From Octopus bimaculoides (lineage: Eukaryota): a stretch of DNA of 64,000 nt. The stretch lies in assembly GCF_001194135.2 (NCBI RefSeq), contig NC_068986.1, positions 45,252,979-45,316,978 on the forward strand, written 5' to 3'. The notes beneath the pieces are model-generated. The model saw only the letters and a program-made list of their open reading frames with translations. It ran no database searches and had not been told where the DNA came from. Positions 38,919-51,800 of this stretch are shown here, piece after piece (position 1 is the stretch's first letter; the number at the start of each line of letters is the position of its first letter). The translations under genes were made by a program, and so were the position numbers.

Positions 38919-41900
38919 GGATGGTCACAGTAGGAAAGCCCCTGATCAAAGATCAGTTCAGTTAGGCCTGATTTAGAGCAAAACAACAACAGCAACAACA
39001 ACAACCATGCAAACTGTGCAGACAGACCATTATAAGGAAATATTAATTCAAATTGATTTAAAGTCTCTTCTTTTATTTTTGCTGTTTGAATTAAAAAAAA
39101 AAATTTGAGAATCTAGAGAGGAAATTCAAACACAGTTGTTCAAGGACAACCTTTAAGCTATGGGCATATTCAATCGGAAATGATTTGGTCTAAGCAACAA
39201 TCATCAATTGTCCCAACAATTCATTTTCAAATATCTAATGTTGCAGAATCATTCAACTCAGTCTAGCTAGAGTAATACTAAAAGTATTTCAGTTCTTTAT
39301 TTGTTGCTTCCAATGAGTCGAACTGGATCATATCAAAACAAAATCTACACAGTATGCTTCAGATTACAATTGACCTTATTTATCCAGGATTTCTTTAGTT
39401 ATCGTTAAGAAGATACTTAAATTTCATGACCCCCCTGATACAGACATGGCTGTGTGGTTAAGTAACTCATTTTGCAACCATATGGTTTCAGGTTCAGTTC
39501 CACTGTGTGGCACTTTGGTCAAGTGTCTTCTTATAATAGCTCCAGGCTAACCAATGCCTTGAGAGTGAATTTCATAGATGGAAACTGTGTGGAAGCCCAT
39601 CATATGTATATGTGTGTGCATACGTATCTTTGTGTTTGTTAACCTACCTCTCACTGTTTGACAATCAGTATTGGTTTGTTTAAGTCCCCATAACTTAACA
39701 GTTTAGTAAAAGAGACCAACAAAATAAGTACAAGACTTAAAGAAGGCGGTGAGCTGGCAGAAACGTTAGCACGCCGGGCGAAATGCTTAGCGGTATTTCG
39801 TCTGCCGCTACGTTCTGAGTTCAAATTCCACCGAGGTCGACTTTGCCTTTCATCCTTTCGGAGGTCGATTAAATAAGTACCAGTTACGCACTGGGGTTGA
39901 TATAATCGACTTAATCCATTTGTCTGTCCTTGTTTGTCCCCTCTGTGTGTAGCCTCTTGTGGGCAGTAAATAAATAAGACTTAAAGAAAACATAAGTACT
40001 TTGGTTGATTTCTTTCGCAAAAACTCTTCAAGGTGGTACCCCAGCATGATTTGAACAAGTAAAAGATAAAAGACCTAAAATCTGAGTATCTTTTGATGTT
40101 ACTCTCAGAGGACAGGTGACCAAACCAATGACACTTTCTTCATCTGATAATGCCCTCAACATAGAACTGACAAAAGTGACACTGAATTTAACAAGGATTT
40201 TCTCATTAAGAAATCTGTAGTGCAAATCTATCTAATCATAGCACTATCATTAGGTTTGAAGACATTGCAAATGAAAAAAATAGTAAAAATTTTAGCATAT
40301 AAATTAAAGCCTCAACGATTAATGCAAAAACTTACCTTCCAAGTCGGTAGTCATCTTCTCCATATTTTAGGTACTTGACTAAACACTGGACACCATCTTT
40401 ATGTGATCCATTGAATGAAGGCCATGTTGAAGGACATAAGGATTTATACCTGTTGGAAAGGAAATTTTATTTAAAGCAAGAAATTTGTTTTTAAATATTT
40501 AATATATTTTATCTTCAGAATGTAACCAAAAACTAAGTGCAAGTTGCTATGCAGAGCTTTTCAGCATGTTTAATACACAATTTCAGTGTCTATGGTATTC
40601 TATTAATACATACTTTTTACATATATAATCACTATTGACCACATAAATTCAGTCCATGTGCCCTGCTGCTTTGCTGGTAGACTGTGATTTGGTGCAGTGA
40701 GGATGACCCCCTCCCCTCAAAGCACTGGGTGTTAAAACACCTGAAAGTCAAAGAGAGGCAAGACAACTCACCCAAATTCCTTTCAAGCGCAAAGGACATT
40801 GATGTTTCATCACTTTCGTGACTTATCAACATCGCATATTTGAACCAAACTGGAGGTGAACTGTTAATGTTTACAACAGTAGCACTGTTTCTAATTCATA
40901 TTTGAATATATAATCACACTGAAAGATATGGTAAGACTCAAGGATCTAACTGTATACTATAACTCCCAATCTTTGAATTGTTGTTAAAAGAGCTAAAGTA
41001 TTTAATATGAATTATTTAATATTTTGTGAATACAATTGCATTGGAAATACTAACTAATATTGCTTTCCATAAAGACAAGAAAAAAAATCACCCTACATTT
41101 GTAATAGATTTTAGTATCCACATATATAGATTTACAGTCAGAGAATAGAAAGAACTAGAAAGCAGCCAGAAAGAATGTTACCAATCTTGTTTTCATAAAA
41201 GATAATTTTGGTATAAATATGTCTTTTATTCAACTGTAGTATAGATGGATGGTGAGATAAAGGAATATTTAAAGATGTTGCTTCTTGAGTAAAATGGTCA
41301 CAGTAAAAATTGAATATGCAAATTTGGGGTTAAATTCCTTAGAAAATGAATGCAAACAGGAATTTCAAGGAATAAAAACTTAAAGCACGATCTTCTACTC
41401 AAACTCATTCTGGATTTTTCAGCCAAATCAAATAGTCAGTAGACTGCTGTTGATCAATTTTGTAGTCAAACATCATAATTAGTATGTTGGTTTATATTAA
41501 TATATTTAAGAATGTAACAAAGCAAATCAAAGGAAAAACAAAAGTATTTAATTAAAAATATTAAACTGAAATGAATACCTCATTTAAAAGTTCCAAGATT
41601 TTATACAATTGATATACTTCAGAAGTTAGGTTTAATTAGGATTGATTTTTTTTATACTCCTGTTTAATTAATTTGTTTGATGCTAATTAATGTCTCATTG
41701 GAAGTATAATGATCAACATAACGGCAGATCAAAAGTGTCAATAAAAAAAAAAAAGGTTTCTTGTTTAAATTCCAGCTTCAGAACAAAAACAATACCAAAC
41801 AATCAAGAAAACCAGGGGAGTGGGTACAGCTTATATGTAATTAACTGACCAGCTCATGTAATGTTGAAATGTTCTCAAGAAATTCTGTTATTTTTAAAAT

Positions 41901-44900
41901 GAATTTCTCATTGTAACATATACACTTTTAGGAAGGGCAATTCAACCAACTTCATAATAAAAACATGATGACCAAAGAAAAACACTGATCTATAAATGAA
42001 CCAAAGAAAGAGTCTCTCTGTGGTCATTCAATCTGCTAGAAATAGCATCCAAATTCCTTCAAATTATATCTATTTTAAAAAGGACACATCATTTTAGATA
42101 TCCCTAAAATCCAGGATATTCACAACTGACCTAAAACTAAAAGCTACTACCACCAACAACTTGGTTCAAATGAACAAAGCACCTTCTGCAAGTGTCTTCT
42201 ACTATANNNNNNNNNNGGCTCATCACAGATTTCGCATAAGACACATACCTGCTCGATGAATTTCACATTTTTCCACAATACTTTTAGCCCCAAATAGCTT
42301 ATTTTTTTTTATATCTAGCACGATGTATTTATCCATTTCTAAGTTAAGGGTTAAAATAAAGCAATCCTGCAAAACACTACTGATCATTGCACACAGACTC
42401 ACAGAGTAACAGCAGTCAAATAACGACAGCGGAGTGCACAACAAACATCAGCAATCTGACTGTCGCCTGTACTCTTGACAAGACATGCCAGTTAGTCTTC
42501 TACACCTACCAGGCTCGTTCATACTAGCTCGAGTTGCTGGATAATTTTTTGTTCCTTTAAGAATATTGCAGAACGGAAACTTTTTATATTTTGGAATTTA
42601 AATCCTTGAATTTATTGTTTCAAGAAAAGATTGAATTTGAATTACTTTTAATTTTTATGAGTCAGGCACATGTGAGTGATGCTGAGAGAACTGATAATTT
42701 GTGACACAGGACACCTGTAAGGTGACTACCAGACACTGAAGGAAAATAAATGAACGGCAACCAGGCTCAATAAAAGGAGCCCGAGTTATTGGTTGCAATT
42801 ACATACTTGAAGTCAGTGTTGGTAGAAATTAAATCACCTTGCAAATATACGTTCACTTTATTAAATTTAAACTTAGGCTAAGCCTGAACAGCCTGAGTGC
42901 TAGAGTTGCCACTGATACATATATGTATGTGTATGTGTGAACATTGCATGATAATTGTAAGTAAGCATCACTGTCATACAAGTGGTGCCGCTTATTTCTA
43001 ATCTTCTATGAAAACCTATCTGGCTATGGGTAAATATTGCTTTGCTTGGAAACAGGTGGGGGATGGTGGCAGGAAGAGTATCAGGCCATAGAAAATCTGC
43101 CTCAAGGAAATCAATCTGATCTATGCAAACATGGAATGGTGAACATTAAAATGATAGTGATGTAGCAAGTATCATTAGGCTGAGTCCTTTGCTCCAGGAC
43201 ATAACACAATAACTCTAATATTTGAACTTATCACTGTGTAGTAAGTAATCCAAATCTTAACTTCACAGCCCTCCCTTGATATCTAATAAAAAGATTTCTT
43301 GAAATTGGTCAAGTCTTGCTGAAGATTTGGCTGTGGAGTTAAGCAGCTCACTTTGCAACCATGTGATTTTGGGTTCAGTCCAATATGCAACCCTTGAGCA
43401 AGTGTCTTCTACTATAGCACTGAGCCAACCAATGTGTTGTGAGTGAATTTGATAGCTGGAAGCTGTAAGGAAGCCTGTCCTATTTATGTTTGTTTCCCAC
43501 CACCACCGGACAACCAGTTAGTTTGTTTAGATCGCTGTAACTTAGTGGCTAGACAAAATAAACAAATAAAATAAGTACCAGACTCAAATGAATAAAATAA
43601 ATACTGGAATTGAATTGACTAAACTCTTCAAGGTGATACCCCAGCATGGCCACAATTCAACTACTTAAACAAGTAAAAGAAAGAAGACTACTCCTTATGT
43701 ATCATATCTAAGACATTGAGATTTTGTCTCCTTGTTATTCAGTCAATTGTCTCCACACTACAAGTCTGTTCAAGTATTGTTGACTAAGGCTATCCAACAA
43801 TGTCATCAGTCATATGAAAAGTAAATCTGATAAATGTTTCAACCAAGCCACATTCCTATGCAATATTATTATTATTTGCATGATGCACAAATAGATTTTA
43901 AAGAATTTAATGAGGTTAAAATATATAAACAAACTGTTTATAGATCTTATTTATTTACCTTTTTAAGAAAACTTCGTATGGTCTTCTGTAAGCAAAGCCA
44001 GCTCTTCGTACACGTAGATTTTCCATCAGACCAAGGTATTTCACCTGATGACTAGCAATTTGGTCATCAAAGAGGTCTAATTATAGAAAAATATTAGAAA
44101 AAGGAAAGTATTAACAGAGATAATGAAGGAGACAACCATAAAGTGATATGGATTATAAAATAAACAAACAATACCTGAAAAGTATTAGATTTTTCTCTCT
44201 GGAAAACTAAAGAGAAGTATGAGGACTTTTGAGGGTTCTGATATTATTTGATTGGCAGAATTGATAGAGGGACAGACAACATACTTTGTAGTATCGAGTT
44301 ATGTCCCTTTATCTTTTGAGTTCAAATTTCACTAACGTTGACCGTTATTCATCTTTCTGGAAGGGTCCAATAAAATAAAGTACCAGACGAGTACTGGAGT
44401 TGATTTATGTTACTAGGTCCTTTCCTCAGAATTGTGACCCTGTACCTATGCTAATTTCATGAAATAGAAGGAACCATGAAGTTTCTTTGACACATAACTA
44501 ATTTAAATTTAAAGACTGAAGTATTTTTTAATAAAAACTTTCATGTTACCATACTACTTACCAAACAATGAAGGAGCTTCTAAATGCTAGTTTTGGTATG
44601 CTAGAAGTAGCAGCAAGTACACTGTCCTTAAGCATATGTCTCCTTGATCAGGGATGACCTGAGGCTAAACAACAACAACTCCTTAGATATTTACGACGTT
44701 GAAGTGGTGAAGGACAAATAAAAAAATTGCAAACTCTAGTTGTTTCTTGTTACATATATAATAGGGGTACAATTCAGCATGCAAAGCAAGCTGATAGATT
44801 TTTTGCTGATGACAATATTTTTATGCAGTTCTGAACAGATGAAGATACATCAGAACATATCTATAGTTTACATATCTGAGACAGTACAACTGCTATATAT

Positions 44901-47900
44901 GTTGTTGGCACTCCGTCGCTTACGACGTTGAGGGTTCCAGTTGATCCGATCAATGGAACAGCCTGCTCATGAAATTAACGTGCAAGTGGCAGAGCACTCC
45001 ACAGACACGTGTACCCTTAATGTAGTTCTCGGGGATATTCAGCGTGACACACAGTATGACAAGGCTGACCCTTTGAATTACAGGCACAACAGGAAGTAAG
45101 AGTGAGAGAAAGTTGTGGTGGAAGAGTACAGCAGGGTTCGCCACCATCTCCTGCCGGAGCCTCGTGGAGCTTTAGGTGTTTTCGCTCAAAAAACACTCAC
45201 AACGCCTGGTCTGGGAATCGAAACCGCGATCCTATGACCGCAAGTCCGCTGCCCTAACCACTGGGCCATTGTGCCTCCACTCAACTGCTATATATACAAT
45301 CTTATCCACATGCAAACTATTTCCAACTAATATGAAAAGACAAAAGCAACAAAAAAAAAAAGGACAAAACCACTCATCACTGTAAGACATCACAACCACA
45401 AGCCTACAAGTATTCTATATCCTCTCTTTGATTCTTCAACTACTATCAGAGCAGACCTTGCTCGTTTGAATCAGCAACTTGTGTACTTTGTCAAGTCTAC
45501 ATCTGCTGTCTCCTTCACTTCTATGAAACTCGTCTTGCTATCATCATTCACAGTCTCTTCACTAATTCCTTCCATTCAGCGTATCATATTACTGATAGTA
45601 TCCTATATATCCAACCATCATCCTCTCTTTACTGCCAGCCACCACTCCCTCTTTCACAAGCCATTTGCAATTGACAATTATCATTCACTCTTAGCACTGT
45701 TCACCTTTGCTTCTGTTATTATCCATCACCCTTTCTCCTTCTCTACTAACTCTCCATCACCCTTTCTCCTTCTCTACTAACTCTCCATCACTAATCATGC
45801 TGCTCCTACTTTCATACTCTCGCTACCTCTGTTCACCCATCCAGGTCCTTCTTTTGTCATGACTCTATTCTATCTATCTTTTTGGTCATTTGTCGTAGTG
45901 TATCATAGATTAGTGAGAAAACTTAAGCCTTACAGCATACAAGGCAACCTTAACCAGTATACAAGTCCTGTTCCATAAAATGCACATATTACATCCATAA
46001 AATGCATACATTACACTTGGTAAAGTGATCAGCAAATGTGTGGAGATAGTGTAGGGTATAAATTTGACTTTTTAGTCAGGTATATTACAACCTCCCTTGT
46101 ACTGGTGCCACAATAAAATGCACTCTGTAATGTGGTTGGAAAGACATCCAACCAAAACGAAACATATATATGAAACATAGTCCTTCAGCCGATGCAGAAG
46201 GGCAGTAACTCTGAATAAGAACTGGCTCAGCCTGTAATAACACATACAACCCACACCAATAGGGAAAACAGACGAACAAAATAAATAAATAAATAAATAA
46301 AAATACAGCGAAGTAACACCTCTGCTTAAAAGATCTGAAGTACCTTTTCCATTAATATTGTTAACCTGAATGTATCTCACCATTCCTAATATTGTTAACC
46401 TGTACGTATCTCACCATTCCTAAACCTCATACTACATATTCTTTTAAGCCTTCTTCCCCAGAACTGCAATCATCTGAATTCTTTCCCTGTGTAAGTTTTC
46501 ATAGATATGTTGATCTGCAGACACTAAATCTAAACATCAACAACATTGATCTCACCAGCTTAGAGAGGACCTTGCAGTTTTCTCTTATTTAGTAATGTTG
46601 CTAGGGGAGGGGTGATCTGCTCTAGGCGATGCTTTTATGGGCGGGAGAGAGGCAGCACTTTTGGATCTGCTGTATAAGTCTATATAGGTTTGGAGCCCCA
46701 GGGGTAGGTGTGTGATAAAACTCATGAACTGGCTTGCATGCTACACACTCTCGCTACGACTCAGCATGAAATTATGTAATTACGACGGATTGGCCATATC
46801 GTTTGAATAGTGAACAAAATGCTTTGTGATATTTAGTGATGAATCTGGGTTCAGATCTTGACGGAGTCATCTTTGCATTTCATCTTTTAAGTTCGATGAA
46901 AGAAAGTACCAATCAAATACTAGTGATGATATTTTCAACTATACCCTCTGTCAACTTGTAGCTAAGTTAGAAATCCCGGCTATTTCATGTGTCTTTGTGT
47001 TAATACAAATAACGATTTTAAAAAAGATTATTGTTTAAATTAAATGTAATTAAAGTTTCCTCAGTAGAATTTCCCTTAGTCACGAGATTATAGCTTTTCC
47101 GTAATTTTCCTGAAGGTTAAACTTGTGTAATATGCATTTTAAAAACATTGTTGGAAGGCTGTACACCAAAAGAAAAGTTCGGCTACAAGAATTTTCATTC
47201 ATTCAATATTATAGCTTGTATTACTACTCGCCTGAAAAATTATCTCCCTTAGATCTCAACGTGCTAACTTCCCTTTTCCTGAAAGTTTACTTATTAAAAT
47301 CGATCAATGTTATTTTGTTTTTAAACTCAGTGTCAACCATGATTGAGTGGACCTATGATCAAAAGCATTCCGGCCATGACCATTCCAGCTTTTTACACTT
47401 ATCTTTACATGATCGCTCTTTTCTTGAAAAGAATAGATACATTATTTAATGTGTCTGTTTTTTTTTCAACAAAATAGGGTACAATTTATAGAGAGATTTG
47501 GCTATGATTTCTTGCAAGTCAAGTAATTACAGGGTGGCTTCTACAATGATAGTTCCTCAAGTAGTCCCACAAGGTGTGTTATATTACAATAATATAATAA
47601 CTGAAATACAAAGAGACCTAATGACAAGCTTGAAATACTGAGGACTAACCAGATCGTTTAGAATCATTTGGTTTAATGCAACGAACATAAGAAGGTTCTT
47701 TTGACATCAGATTGTCCATAAGTTGATTAAGGCTGACCTTGAATTGTGTTGCTGCCTGAAAAAAAAAACAAACCCAAAACATGATTAACTATTTGTGAAA
47801 TAAGGAATATTTTGGAGTTTATTAATATAAGAATAGAATTAGAATCAAATGTATTGGGTTGTCCGGAAAGTTCGTGCCGATTTTCAAAAGAAAGAAAAAG

Positions 47901-48559
47901 GTCAATAAACACTTGCTATTACATATTTAATCAACCAAATACGAACAATTTTGTTGCACAATGCGTCTCCATCTTTCCTTTAACTTGTAAATGCCCTCTT
48001 CCCAGAATTGAGGTGGTTTCATGGCAAATAAGTTGAAAGGTAAGCTACTATAAATCAGCACGAACTTTCCAGACAACCCAATACATGCTAGATAAAAATG
48101 AAACCATAACAGACTTATTTGCAATATAAGGAGCATTTCAGAGTTTATTCCTTTAGCAATAAAATTAGGATTGAATGTACATGCCCAGTAAAAAAATGAA
48201 ACTGTAAAAGGGAGCATTTTGGAATTTAGTCATTTAGCAATAGAATGATTATACAAAATAACAATGGAAGCAAATATTTAAATAAAATATCCACCAGTTT
48301 TACTAGCAAAACTGAATTTTTTCAGTAATATTTTTATTATTTCTATTTTAACCAAAAAAAGCTTTAATTTTTAAAATGAATGACAAACAAAAATATATAG
48401 GTGCAGGAGTGGCTGTGTGGTAAGTAGCTTGCTTACCAACCACATGGTTCCGGGTTCAGTCCGACTGTGTGGCACCTTGGGCAAGTGTCTTCTACCAAAG
48501 CCTTGGGCTGACCAAAGCTTTGTGAGTGGATTTGGTAGACTGAAACTGAAAGAAGCCCG

Positions 48560-48599
<40 letters not shown>

Positions 48600-48763
48600 C
48601 TAGCACATTAATTGTCCACGTTAGTGGTCAACGCTATTTTTAAAAATGTACCTTAATTCCCTGAGATTGCAGATATTATTTCTGAATCTCTTTGATTCTT
48701 TAGATGTGCTGGCCTCCTGATAATTAATCGATATTAATTAATATATGATTAATTACCATATTT

Positions 48764-48812
<49 letters not shown>

Positions 48813-51800
48813 TTGTGTGTCTGNNNNNNNNNNCAACACCGCTTGACAACCAATGCTGGTGTGTTTATGTCCCCGTAACTTAGCGGTTCAGCAAAAAAGA
48901 CCGATAGAATAAGTACTAGGCTTACAAAGAATCAGTCCTGGGGTCAATTTGCTTGACTAAAGGCGGTGCTCCAGCATGGCTGCAGTCAAATGACTGAAAC
49001 AAGTAAAAGAGTATGACCTTTCTCCTTTCTTGTATGAAAATTCATAAAATAAAATGGAAAATTTCACAGTAGAAAAAATATCCCTTTCAAATGGTCAAAT
49101 GGTTCGAATAAACATAGAGAACTGGCACTCCGTCAGTTATTAAGATGAGGGTTCCAGTTGTCCAATCAATGGAACAGCCTGTTCATGAAATTAATGTGTA
49201 AGTGGCTGAGCACTCGACTGACATGCATACCCTTAATGAAGTCCACAAAGAGATTCAGCATAACGCAGCTGTGACAAAGCTGGCCTCTTTGAAATACAGG
49301 TACAACTTATTTTGGCCAGCTGAGTGGACTGAAGCAATGTGAAATAGAGTATTTTGCTCAAGGATACAATGCATGGCTGGGAATTGAACTCATGACCTTA
49401 TGATTGTGAGCTAAATACTCTAACCACCAGACCATATGCCTTCACAAACATAGAGAGCTTCTGTACAAAAGCTAAACTTCTTCAATGTGTCAGTTAAATG
49501 TTCTTTAACAAATGTTCTCAATATCCTTAACTCTTTTGATATCAACTGACCTGGGACCACCCTTGGTTCTAAAATATATATTTCCTATCTAAAGTGATGT
49601 AAATTCAAATTTCCCATTAAAATTCCATGTTAATTATGTTCCAAACATCAGCATAATACTAACAAAGTTATTTTACTAAATTCTTCATAATTTTCAAAAT
49701 TAATTGAAATAATAAATGTGTATTTCAACAGAAATATGGTAACAAAAGGGTTCAGGCTAAGCAGTTAACATAAAATAGTTAACAATTTAGAATTAAGTTT
49801 CAGAGTTATGTCAGTCTTGTCATTTACCAGAGCAAGGAATTGATTTAAAAAGATTAAAAATTAAGCAATGAATGGTTGTCATAATATATGATATAACTCA
49901 CCAAATGCTTACTTATTAGATAATTTATCTTTTATCTTTTACTTATTTCAGTCACTGACTCCATGCAGAGGACTGCCTAGCAGTGTTTAGTTGAAGAAAT
50001 TGATTTGATCTTAATACTTACTTTATAGTCTGGTATTTATCCTATTGACCTTTTGCTGAATTGCTAAAGTACGAGTAATAGCTGAACCATATCTGATGAT
50101 TGTTAAATCATTCTACCACCCGTGGAAGGTTCTTTAACATGAAACTGTTCAGTAATATGAATTGGCTATTATGAGACTAAATTTATAATGTTGTATGAAT
50201 AATACACTCACTCTATTACCTAATAAGTAATTGCCTGATTTTTCCTGACTTATGAAAACTTACTGGACAGCTATATATGTGAGTATGTTTGTTTGTGATA
50301 TAGAGAGATAAATCAGTTTACAATCCCAAATTCAAGAATACTGTAAAATTCTAAAAACTAACAGTTAAAATTTTTTAATTTCACTTTCTCATAAATAAAA
50401 AAAAAATCTTAACTGATGATAAATTTCAATCTAAACAAAGGACACAGTAATAGTTTCAAATTCAAGCCTTAAGAAACACATACAGTTTCTGGTCTTTTCT
50501 TGCTGATAAGTTCTTCCTTCTGAAAACATAATGCAATTATTGGATTTGTTGCTGTACACATCACCTGAAGAGAAAAAAAAAATATATACATATATATATG
50601 TGTAGAGATAAAATGTATCAACACCACTAGAATAAATGAGCAATTTTCTTTTTATATCATAAGTATTTAGGTCGATACAGCTTGGCACCAGTGATATCGC
50701 AACTCATTTCTACAGTTGAGTGAACTGGAGCAATGTGAAATAAAGTGTCTTGCTCAAGAACTGGTGCCAAGCTGTATTGGCCTTTGTCTTTCCCTTGGAT
50801 AACATCGGTGACATGGAGAGGGGAAACTGGTATGCATGGACAACTGATGGCCTTCCATAAACAACCCTGCTCAGACTTGTGCCTTGGAAGGTAACTTTCT
50901 AGGTCCAATCCAATGGTCATTCATGACCGAAGGGGCCTTTACTTATAAGTATTTAGAAACTTTGAGAGAACGTGAAATTATTTGTTTTTAATTGTAGAAC
51001 TAAGGTTCTACAGTTAAAAAAAAAACTAATTATTTCATGTTCTATTGAAGTTTCCAAATTCTTATGATGTAAACAACATACAATTATCTGGTAAGAACAA
51101 AGCTTCTGAAACGAACAAAGAATTTTGAAGGATTGTTTTGGTCCAATGGTAGAAAGCCAGTCATGATTACAGAAGATGTGGGTCCCAGAGGCAGCCTTCA
51201 ACTTTTCTATTCACAAGGGTTTTTGACCCAATATTTACATCTATTATTTATAGCTTTATCTCATTTGAATTCAGCAGTTAAAAACTCTTCTAGTCAAGGT
51301 AGTGCCCATTGCCCTTTACAGGGTCTCCAAGACTGACAGGAAGGAAGGAGGAAGTAATCCTCAAGCCAAAGACCTAGTCTAAATGCTTGCAATAAAGTGG
51401 TGTTCACATAAGGCATCGAAGGTGTTAGATGGTGGGGTTAAACTGGTTGTCGAATTAATCCAAATAGACCATGGTAGGATTTGAACTTAGAACACAAAAG
51501 GACTGGAACAAATACTGCAAGGCATCCAGTTTGATTTTTTCAGTTCTGCCAATCCACAGCTCCAGATTGATACTTTTCTTTCTTTCTGAACTTGAAAGGT
51601 TGAAAGCAAAGATGACCACAGCAGTATTTGAACTCAGTGACTAGAGTCAAAACAAATAATATGAAGTATTATACTTAATGCTAAAATGACTGCTGACTCT
51701 TACAACATAAAAGCAAATAAGTGTGCTTATTTCATCATTGAATGCCTATGCTCCATGCTGGCATGGGTTGGACAGTTTGACAGGATCCAGTAAATCCAAG

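Noticed and set aside
40649-40815. Box C (GUGAUGA) and box D (CUGA) on the minus strand as an intronic snoRNA
   Set aside because: Boxes are about 165 nt apart with no terminal stem and no recognisable rRNA guide.
45200-45280. tRNA-Arg-like sequence (also the tRNA-like heads at 39745 and 26450)
   Set aside because: They continue directly into SINE bodies that are repeated in the window; no clean cloverleaf with an oligo-T terminator.
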